DNA of 43,208 nucleotides, taken from positions 102,780 through 145,987 of the forward strand of contig JACRAJ010000002.1 of NCBI GenBank assembly GCA_016213445.1. The letters run 5' to 3'. A program made the position numbers and the translations under genes. The notes beneath the pieces are model-generated. The model was not told the origin of the DNA and did no database searches. It worked only from the letters and a program-made list of their open reading frames with translations. Positions within the stretch are counted from its first letter, which is position 1. The number at the start of each line of letters is the position of its first letter. This DNA comes from Candidatus Azambacteria bacterium. GTDB lineage: Bacteria > Patescibacteriota > Minisyncoccia > UBA10092. Of the stretch, positions 8,398-15,435 are shown in pieces.

Positions 8398-10280
8398 TCT
8401 TTTATGTGCGCGCCAAACAGCCTTGCCGAATTTAAAATCGGAACAAAATCGGTTATGAAATTATAAGCGGCGGCGAATGTCGGTAAAATTATATTCGGAA
8501 TAAAGCCGCTGAAAACAAGGAAAAGGCCGACGCCGTTTGTTAAGCCCCAAATCACAAAATCCTGTTTGGAAACTCTCGCCGTATATCTCGCAAGGCGCAT
8601 AGTTTCCCGCACTTGGGATAAATTGTCTTGCATTAAAACGATATCGCCGGATTCAATGGTAACATCGGCCCCGATTCCGCCCATGGCAACGCCGATGTCG
8701 ACGGCGTTTAAAAGCGCCGCATCATTAACTCCATCGCCAATCGCCATCACTTTATAATCTTCACCCATATATTTTTTCAAATATTTTAATTTATCTTCGG
8801 GAAGCAGATCGGCATGATATTCGGTTATACCGACTTTTTCCGCAACTCTTTGGGCGATTTTTTCATTGTCGCCGGTTAACATTATAATTCTTTCTATCCC
8901 CAAATCCCTCAATTCTGAAAGAATGTTTTTAACATTCGGCCTTATCTCATCCGCCAGAGTAAAAAAACCGATAAGATGCCCGTCATAACCGATTAACGTT
9001 GTATTTAATCCTTTGTCTTTTTCATTTTGAATGTCGCGCTTTTGATGTTCGGATATCTTAATTCCCAATTCCTCAAGAAAAGACAGTTTTCCCGTCATGA
9101 TTTTTTTTCCTTTATATGCGGCTTCAGAACCTTTGCCGCTTGTTTCTTTAAAATTATCCGGCTGTTCCGGTTTAACGCCATTTTCTTCCGCATATCGCAG
9201 AATTGCTTTTGCCGACGGATGGGACGATAAAAGCGAAGCCGCGCCGGCAAACCGCAAAACATCGCCGATTTCCCAATCATCAAAAACAAAAAGATTTTCA
9301 ACTTTTAATTTGCCTCGAGTTAAAGTGCCGGTTTTATCAACTATTAAAATCTTGACTTTGCTTATTCCTTCCAAAAAATCGCCGCCCTTAATGATGACGC
9401 CTTTTTTAGCCGCATGACCTATGGAAGCGATAAAAGCCAGCGGAACGGCAATGGCAATATCATCGGCGCAAACAACCAAAACGACGGCTAAAACAAGTGA
9501 AAGATCGCGAGAAATGAAATATAAAACCCCGGAGCCGATAAGCATTATAACCACATACCAAGTCGTAAAAATATCAACCAAAGTGGTAATGCCCGGCTTA
9601 TGCCGGGCCGCTTCTTCAACCAATTGAATGATTTTTTCCAAAGTGGTTTCCTCGCCTATCTTTTCCGCTTTAACGATTAAATTGCCTGAAATGACAATAG
9701 TGGCGCTGTAAACCGGATCTCCAATTTTTTTATCAATCGGCAAAGATTCCCCCGTAAGCGACGACTGGTCAATTTCGGCTTCGCCTTCTATTATATTGCC
9801 GTCAACAGGAATCCTATCGCCCAATTCTACAACCACTAAGTCGCCTTTTTTAATTTTATCCACCGCCACTTCAATTATTTTGCCGCCAATCTTAATGTTG
9901 GCTTTTTTAGGCTTTAATTTCATCAAGCTCTGAATGGCGCGCCGCGAGCGATTTTCCGTATAATCTCCCAATATCCTCGCCGAAGCGAGCATTAAGTTTA
10001 TAAAAATTGCCGAAGCGAATTCTTTTGCCAATATTGAAAAAATCAAGGCGATGCTCGCCAAAAGATCAATGCCGATTGTTTTATTTTTCAAAGCTCTAAC
10101 GGCGCTAAAAATAACCGGCAAAGTGGCGATTGAAGCGACGGTTATTGAAATCAGGCCGTCAATTTCAGGAGGAAAAACGCCGAGGTAATGCGCGATTAAA
10201 ACAATAATTAAAACGGCCAAAAGAATTCTATCCAAATCCGGCCGACTAAAAACTTTTAATTTTTTAAAATCGATTTTCAC
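8394..10280 (-). CDS. P-type cation-transporting ATPase, P1B-like topology, with no N-terminal metal-binding domain
   Basis: The ORF is 628 aa. It carries DKTGTLT, TGDN, GDGVNDAALL and a TGES actuator motif. The TM helix preceding DKTGT reads VVCADDIAIAVP where P1B pumps have CPC. Confidence 0.8.
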   Translation of the reverse strand: MKIDFKKLKVFSRPDLDRILLAVLIIVLIAHYLGVFPPEIDGLISITVASIATLPVIFSAVRALKNKTIGIDLLASIALIFSILAKEFASAIFINLMLASARILGDYTENRSRRAIQSLMKLKPKKANIKIGGKIIEVAVDKIKKGDLVVVELGDRIPVDGNIIEGEAEIDQSSLTGESLPIDKKIGDPVYSATIVISGNLIVKAEKIGEETTLEKIIQLVEEAARHKPGITTLVDIFTTWYVVIMLIGSGVLYFISRDLSLVLAVVLVVCADDIAIAVPLAFIASIGHAAKKGVIIKGGDFLEGISKVKILIVDKTGTLTRGKLKVENLFVFDDWEIGDVLRFAGAASLLSSHPSAKAILRYAEENGVKPEQPDNFKETSGKGSEAAYKGKKIMTGKLSFLEELGIKISEHQKRDIQNEKDKGLNTTLIGYDGHLIGFFTLADEIRPNVKNILSELRDLGIERIIMLTGDNEKIAQRVAEKVGITEYHADLLPEDKLKYLKKYMGEDYKVMAIGDGVNDAALLNAVDIGVAMGGIGADVTIESGDIVLMQDNLSQVRETMRLARYTARVSKQDFVIWGLTNGVGLFLVFSGFIPNIILPTFAAAYNFITDFVPILNSARLFGAHIKE

Positions 10281-10849
10281 AGCTCTTTTTTGGAAATCTT
10301 GGCTACAACGCGATCAACCAGAATAAAAATTGCTATCCCCATCAGCAAAGTAAGTTCGGAATATTTTAAATAACGCTTGGCGGCCGAGAATGACGCGCCC
10401 GATAAATATCCCAAAGCGCCGACAAAAAAAATCCATGCCAGCGCGGCCGCAAAATCGGCCTTGATGAATTTTCCGAAAGGTATTTTCAAAACGCCGGATT
10501 TTAAGATAACCGGCCTGTTTATGCCCCAGGCGAATTTTGAAATAAAAAGGGTTTTAATCGGGCGATTTTTCAAATGTTCGTCAACGGGACTGGTGATTTT
10601 TTCCGTGAATTTTTTAAATCTGGGAAAAGATTTTTGCCCATCAACCAGTTTTCCAAAATAGTACCAAACGGTATCGCCGATAAGCGCTCCGGAAAAAACC
10701 AAAACAAACATCAATCCGGCATTGAAATAGCCCTGGCTAATTAAAAATGCGGCGGTAAAAAGAATTATTTCTCCTTCAAGGATCATGCCTAAAAAAACAA
10801 TGGCATAGCCGAGCGCTTGATGATCTGTTAAGTATTGGTGCAAAATCAT
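10277..10849 (-). CDS. DedA/SNARE-associated family membrane protein
   Basis: The start was moved to the internal Met (MILHQYLTDHQALGYAIVFLGMILEGEIILFTAAFL...), which matches the DedA pattern. The 85 codons upstream in the ORF track overlap the SDR gene and look non-coding. Confidence 0.7.
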   Translation of the reverse strand: MILHQYLTDHQALGYAIVFLGMILEGEIILFTAAFLISQGYFNAGLMFVLVFSGALIGDTVWYYFGKLVDGQKSFPRFKKFTEKITSPVDEHLKNRPIKTLFISKFAWGINRPVILKSGVLKIPFGKFIKADFAAALAWIFFVGALGYLSGASFSAAKRYLKYSELTLLMGIAIFILVDRVVAKISKKEL

Positions 10850-10866
10850 TGCTTCACTCCGGGTTT

Positions 10867-11628
10867 TTAAGCCGCCAGCCAGCCGCCATCGATATAAATT
10901 GTAGCGCCGGTAACATAACTCGCTTCTTCCGAAGCCAAAAAAACCACCGCCGCCGAAATTTCTTCCGACCGGCCGATTCTTCCGACGGGAATGCCCGCAA
11001 TCATCTGTTTCATTGCTTCTTCGGGTATTTGCGCCGCCGCAATCATCGGCGTATCTATCGCGCCGGGCGCGATGGCGTTTACGGTGATTCCCAATTGCGC
11101 CCATTCGGTCGCCATCACCTCCGTCATTCCCACAACTCCGCCCTTTGAAGCGGCGTAATGAGCTCCGCCGGCAAGGCCGATGCCGACACCGCCGGAATCA
11201 ATTGAAGAAATATTGATAATCCGCCCCCATTTATTTTTTACCATTTCTTTCGCCGCCCGCTGGGCGCAAAGAAACTCACCTTTCAAATTGATGTCGATCA
11301 TTCTATTCCATTCTTCTTCGGTGATTTCCAGCGCCGGTTTGGGCTGGTAAATGCCGGCATTGTTTACCAATATGTCCACCCTGCCAAACTGCTTTACAAC
11401 CTCGTCAAAAACTTGGTTCACTTCCGCGGCGTTTGCCACATCCATTTTAAAAGCCGCCGCCTCTCCGCCCATTGATTTTATTTCATCAGCCGCCGCTTGG
11501 CATTCTTCTTGGTTGATATCGGTGATAACAACCTTGGCGCCTTGTTTTGCCAAGGCCAAAGCGTGGGATTTGCCCATCCCCCGCCTCGCTCCTGTTATAA
11601 GCGCCACTTTGTTTTTCAGTTCAAACAT
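10867..11628 (-). CDS. Short-chain dehydrogenase/reductase (FabG-like 3-oxoacyl reductase family)
   Basis: The ORF is 253 aa with TGARRGMGKS (TGxxxGxG), NNAG and YAASKGG (YxxxK). Confidence 0.85.
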   Translation of the reverse strand: MFELKNKVALITGARRGMGKSHALALAKQGAKVVITDINQEECQAAADEIKSMGGEAAAFKMDVANAAEVNQVFDEVVKQFGRVDILVNNAGIYQPKPALEITEEEWNRMIDINLKGEFLCAQRAAKEMVKNKWGRIINISSIDSGGVGIGLAGGAHYAASKGGVVGMTEVMATEWAQLGITVNAIAPGAIDTPMIAAAQIPEEAMKQMIAGIPVGRIGRSEEISAAVVFLASEEASYVTGATIYIDGGWLAA

Positions 11629-11690
11629 ATTTTTTATGTTTAATTATTAAGTATTTACATTATAACTTACCGGCGGTTTTTGTTGCAATT

Positions 11691-11727
11691 AAAAATCGCC
11701 CCCTCGGTTGCGGGGGGCGATTTTTTT
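11691..11727. terminator. Bidirectional intrinsic terminator
   Basis: AAAAATCGCCCCC-TCGGTTGCG-GGGGGCGATTTTTTT has a 9-bp GC-rich stem flanked by an A-run and a T-run. It lies just after the stop of the 87-aa gene. Confidence 0.7.
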
Positions 11728-11736
11728 ATTTGTCTT

Positions 11737-12000
11737 TTATTTTTCACTCATCGTCTCCGCCATTTTTTCTTCCGGCAGTTTATTTTTCTTTTTCTTCTCG
11801 CTGAAAATGTATATATACAGAATTTCCAAAATGCCGATTGTGTTTATAACCAGCATGGCGATAAACCACCATTTATCGCCTTTCCGCGCCGCTTTCCATA
11901 AGGCGATGCCTTTCCAAACCAGCGACCACATAACCAAAATCATCAAAGCGGCAAACATCAATCCGACAAAAGCCTTGGAAAACAAAAATAATTCCCACAT
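11737..12000 (-). CDS. Small 2-TM membrane protein, DUF5652-like
   Basis: The ORF is 87 aa. VWKGIALWKAARKGDKWWFIAMLVINTIGILEILYIYIF resembles the DUF5652 consensus as I remember it. Confidence 0.5.
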   Translation of the reverse strand: MWELFLFSKAFVGLMFAALMILVMWSLVWKGIALWKAARKGDKWWFIAMLVINTIGILEILYIYIFSEKKKKNKLPEEKMAETMSEK

Positions 12001-12119
12001 AATTTATTGTTTAATGATAATCCGCCAACACTATTATTTTAGCATTTTCTTATTTTTTCCCGCAAATGAAAAAGAAAACTCCGCTACGAAATGGAATTAG
12101 TATGGTTGTGGATAAACTA

Positions 12120-12147
12120 TTGACTTATAGCGATCGCTTGCTATACT
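12120..12147 (+). promoter_or_regulatory. Candidate sigma70-type promoter (TTGACT-16 nt-TATACT)
   Basis: The -35 TTGACT is at 12120-12125 and the -10 TATACT is at 12142-12147. No plausible protein gene lies downstream. Confidence 0.35.
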
Positions 12148-12153
12148 ATCAAT

Positions 12154-12227
12154 GTCTTTCAGTTTATTTATTGACTGAAAGGGTATTACATCCAAGAGCA
12201 ACCTTCCTCGCGGAGGGTTGTTTTTTT
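12154..12227 (+). ncRNA. Candidate ~74-nt small RNA with two hairpins, the second an intrinsic terminator
   Basis: Hairpin 1 (12156-12181) is CTTTCAGT/ACTGAAAG with a 10-nt loop. Hairpin 2 (12199-12220) is CAACCTTCC-TCGC-GGAGGGTTG, followed by T7. It is convergent with the NYN gene. Confidence 0.35.
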
Positions 12228-12228
12228 A

Positions 12229-12797
12229 TTAGCCCTTTTCCGCCCTATGTCTCAATTCTCTACCCCAAATATCTTCCTTAATTTCCAACACATCAGAATA
12301 TCTATCTCCACCTGTTCTTGACTCTTCAGAGATGTTATTTTTTGATGAAAAAATATATACCTTTTTACCGCCTGTTTTTAGGTAAGTTATCAAGGCCAAA
12401 AAGTCAGAATCGCCGGTAAACAAAACTGCCGTATCGTACTTTTTAAGATGATGCATCGCGTCAATTGTTATTTTCACATCCATATTCCCCTTTTTTTCAA
12501 CAGATTGGCCATTTTTAGTTATAACGGGAATGCGTTTCAACTCTTTTTTACGAACGATGAAACCTAATCCTTTTTAAGAAAAGTAAAAAATTTATGTTTG
12601 CCATCCAAACTATAATCCCGCGTTCCATCGGCAGGATAGGCGGTATAATAAAAAATTTCTATAGATGAGCCTCCAAATTCTTTTTTGATAAAATTCCTTA
12701 ATTTTTCATAATCAAAAAATTTTCCTTTTACCTTTTGCGCTTCCCATAAATTTGAGGCGTCTATAAACACATAAATTATATTTTGTTTTAGAAACAT
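12229..12797 (-). pseudogene. NYN-domain (LabA/DUF88-like) RNase gene interrupted by a frameshift at an A-run
   Basis: Two ORFs are involved. The first is 12564..12797 (IYVFIDASNLW...). The second is 12229..12540 (KGNMDVKITIDAM...FTGDSDF). They join as ...FTFLKK/GLGFIVRKKELKRIPV if the A5 run at 12571-12575 (T5 on the plus strand) were A6. Confidence 0.6.
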
Positions 12798-12806
12798 ATT
12801 TTTACA

Positions 12807-13051
12807 TTATTGCGTTTCTCCGCCTATCCCAAAAACTATTTTCAATTTATTTTTATCTTTCTTTTTTATCTTAAATCCATCTTTAATAGAAATAACAAAC
12901 ACTTTTTTAAATATCCAAAAGCGAAAATAATAATCGTTTATTTTTTCCGGCTTTATAAATTTCGAAATTCTATACTCATTATTCCCCTCCTCAAACTCCG
13001 TTGAAAAAAAGAGTCGTTGCCAAACCCTATTTCCGCAAATACTTTTTTCAT
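12807..13051 (-). pseudogene. Frameshifted small ORF of unknown function
   Basis: An ATG at 13051 opens a 32-codon ORF. After the T7 run (A7 on plus, 13004-13010) a second frame stays open for about 66 codons in AT-rich DNA, down to the TAA at 12807-12809. Confidence 0.3.
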
Positions 13052-13055
13052 GAAT

Positions 13056-13182
13056 TTATTTTATTTCTAATATGGCATCTGCAAATCCTTTTTTCTCCAA
13101 CTCCAATTTCAGCCACTTATGCAAAGGCTCATCGGGAGACCCTCCCCACCCGTGAATTATAAAAACTTTTTTTGATCCATGG
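13056..13182 (-). pseudogene. N-terminal remnant of an alpha/beta serine hydrolase (YdeN/RBBP9-like)
   Basis: The frame reads KKVFIIHGWGGSPDEPLHKWLKLELEKKGFADAILEIK*. The upstream ATG is out of frame across an A7 run. The nucleophile-elbow region is absent. Confidence 0.4.
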
Positions 13183-13212
13183 ATTTATTACGCCTGATTT
13201 TTTATTGGACAG

Positions 13213-13470
13213 TTAGTTTTTATAGAACTTTTTCACTTCCATTACATATTTAACCAATTCTTTTGGTAAGTTATTTTTGTCTAATATACTCAGATAATCA
13301 ATAGGGTTAAAATTCGGTATTTTTTTACACATTTCTTTTCCGGGAAAAAACTTTCTCCAGTCCAGATTAGCAACATTTCTCATGCCTTGTATTATGGCAA
13401 CATAACCGCCATCGTCATTTCTAAATTTCATTATTTCCTGTAATTCTGATTCGTTATCAAAAACTTTCAC
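13213..13470 (-). CDS. Hypothetical 85-aa protein, translationally coupled partner of the OLD-like ATPase
   Basis: The ORF has a 4-nt ATGA overlap with the upstream ATPase gene. I recognise no motif. Confidence 0.5.
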   Translation of the reverse strand: MKVFDNESELQEIMKFRNDDGGYVAIIQGMRNVANLDWRKFFPGKEMCKKIPNFNPIDYLSILDKNNLPKELVKYVMEVKKFYKN

Positions 13471-15137
13471 TGTTTTTTTAGCATGGATTCTGCAGTGCGC
13501 TGAAAAACATCCATGATGTCATCTTTATTTGTATCCCAAAAAACTTCAGTGAAGTTTTGGGTATTTGACAAGATTGCAAAATTTTCCATTTCATTAACAG
13601 GTAAAAACTTAAACTCATATTTAAGATCTCTTTTTTCATTTATAAAAACTTTATTCTCTATGGAAGAAATTTGTTCATCAGTTAGACTGTCTCTATCAAC
13701 CTGTCTGAATACTTTAGGGTTATAGGCAGTATTTAGTTTTTGTTGGTGTCGAATACCAATCTCAATAAAATTCTTCGTAGAACCCTCGGAAGACATTACA
13801 ACAATATCTGTAATATTAAACATTTCAAATAATTTTTTCCAAAGTTTAATTACTTTATTGTCTTTATCTTCACAAATAAAAATTCTTCCTGGTTGCGTTT
13901 CCAAAAGTGCTTTATTTTTAGTTTCAAACTCACGCCTTGTCTCTAAGAGTAATTTTTCCTCAATTCTTACTCTTTCTACAGCCGCCTTTATCTCTTTCGC
14001 AAATTCGACAAAATAAAGCTCTTCCTGTAATTTTTTATATTCAGATGACTCAACTTGTCCTAAATTAAATAATGCTTGTTGCCTAGATCGTATATCATTA
14101 AGAGTTTTTATTTCAGAATTTTGTCTTGAATCTTCCGGCTTAATATAGACTCTAAAAAAATTAACATCTTTCTGATCTTTTAATTCTATAAAAGCTGGTG
14201 AATGAGTGGTTATGAATATTTGTGCATTTTTTTTAAATTCATTATTAAACTCTTCTGCAATTTTTTGAACCTTTGAATACTCCAAAGAATTTTCTGGCTC
14301 CTCAAAGCCCCAAATGAAATTCTTATTTGAAATTTTTCTACAAACATGTGCTAAAAAGTAAGCCAAATATGACATTAAAATTCCATCACCAGACGAAAAT
14401 AAATCTACATATGCATCTTTTAAGTTTGTCTTTCTTTTTGTCCGCCTCAAAACCTTGATACCTGTTTTTACATTAATTTCAACTGTACTTAAAATATCAG
14501 TAATCTTAGAAGATAGATTTGCCTGAGTTGGCAAACCAATAAATTTTTCAAAATCTTTACTTATCTCTATAGAATTTTCTTGTAAAACGTTTGATAAATC
14601 ATCCATTTTTGTCTTAAAATCATCGCCTGAATTATGTTCTATTAGCTTTTCAAAATGCAAAAATAAACTACGCACAAAATTCTTATCTCTAACTGCTGGC
14701 ACATAAAAAAATTCAATTTTGTTTAAAAATCTTGTGAACTGACGCGTAATATTTCCATCTTTGTCCGCTATACTTTTTTGAACCTTTTGATCTGTTGAAT
14801 GATACTCCGTGTTAGGATCTTCTCTACCCATTTCAAAGGTTTTAGATATAAAAAACGGCTTTTTGAGTGCCGCATTTCCTTGACCAGCAAAATACAGAGT
14901 TATTTTTATTTCTCTTTTTCCACCAGCTTGACCAGTATGGGCTTTATTATAATCTTTATCAAAATCATATTTTTGTCCAAAACTGGAATTTTTGTTAAAA
15001 AAAAGATTTAATGCTTTCAAAATATTTGACTTACCAGAATTATTAATACCAGAAAAAATAATAATCTCATTTGTTTCAATAGAGACATCAGAAATCGAAC
15101 GAAATCTATGTATTTCAATTTTTTCTATTATTTTCAT
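13467..15137 (-). CDS. OLD/ABC-type ATPase (AAA_15/AAA_21-like) fused to a DUF4435/RloB/Toprim-like C-terminal domain
   Basis: The ORF is 556 aa. Motifs are:
- Walker A: SGINNSGKSN
- signature-like: LFSSGDGILM
- Walker B: FIWGFEEPENSLE
- H-loop: ITTHSP
- a coiled-coil linker
- C-terminal, Toprim/DUF4435-like: IFICEDKDNKVI ... FRQVDRDSL ... VNEMENFAI. Confidence 0.65.
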   Translation of the reverse strand: MKIIEKIEIHRFRSISDVSIETNEIIIFSGINNSGKSNILKALNLFFNKNSSFGQKYDFDKDYNKAHTGQAGGKREIKITLYFAGQGNAALKKPFFISKTFEMGREDPNTEYHSTDQKVQKSIADKDGNITRQFTRFLNKIEFFYVPAVRDKNFVRSLFLHFEKLIEHNSGDDFKTKMDDLSNVLQENSIEISKDFEKFIGLPTQANLSSKITDILSTVEINVKTGIKVLRRTKRKTNLKDAYVDLFSSGDGILMSYLAYFLAHVCRKISNKNFIWGFEEPENSLEYSKVQKIAEEFNNEFKKNAQIFITTHSPAFIELKDQKDVNFFRVYIKPEDSRQNSEIKTLNDIRSRQQALFNLGQVESSEYKKLQEELYFVEFAKEIKAAVERVRIEEKLLLETRREFETKNKALLETQPGRIFICEDKDNKVIKLWKKLFEMFNITDIVVMSSEGSTKNFIEIGIRHQQKLNTAYNPKVFRQVDRDSLTDEQISSIENKVFINEKRDLKYEFKFLPVNEMENFAILSNTQNFTEVFWDTNKDDIMDVFQRTAESMLKKQ

Positions 15138-15172
15138 ATGCCATTTATTATACTTTCAATAACATTCTTCAT
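15134..15172 (-). CDS. Possible 12-codon leader ORF (MKNVIESIINGI) coupled to the ATPase start
   Basis: GGAGGT lies 9 nt upstream of its ATG. Its TGA overlaps the ATPase ATG (ATGA). The ATPase start has no Shine-Dalgarno of its own. Confidence 0.2.
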   Translation of the reverse strand: MKNVIESIINGI

Positions 15173-15233
15173 ATATTTTTTACCTCCACTAAAATTTCTT
15201 TATCATTATTTTAAACCTAAATTTTTACTATAT

Positions 15234-15428
15234 TTATATTTTCCCCTCTCGCCAATCTTTTTCGTGTTTCAAACATAAATGCAAATTACTATCGCCCGTC
15301 GGCTCTTCAATATTAAGAGCGTCAAATGTTGAAATTTTCTTATACATTCCATTTTTATCAATTTTAAACTTAGCCCAAATTTTTTGGTAATTTGCCACGG
15401 CCTCTGTTTTACAATAATCGCATTTCAT
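15234..15428 (-). CDS. Small Cys-rich (CxxC...CxxH) zinc-ribbon-like hypothetical protein
   Basis: I used the ATG start MKCDYCKTEAV..., 5 nt after the hsdS stop. The track's TTG start at 15449 would overlap hsdS. The ORF has CxxC near the N-terminus and CLKH near the C-terminus. Confidence 0.35.
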   Translation of the reverse strand: MKCDYCKTEAVANYQKIWAKFKIDKNGMYKKISTFDALNIEEPTGDSNLHLCLKHEKDWREGKI

Positions 15429-15435
15429 AATATGT

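Noticed and set aside
10850-11104. An 85-codon N-terminal extension of the DedA ORF (track ORF 10277..11104).
   Set aside because: The extension is Arg/Gly-rich nonsense and overlaps the 3' end of the SDR gene. The DedA homology begins at the internal Met at 10849.
12066-12281. A 71-aa plus-strand ORF covers the candidate sRNA locus.
   Set aside because: It starts upstream of the predicted promoter and reads through a strong intrinsic terminator and into the antisense of the NYN gene. It has no Shine-Dalgarno or recognisable motif.
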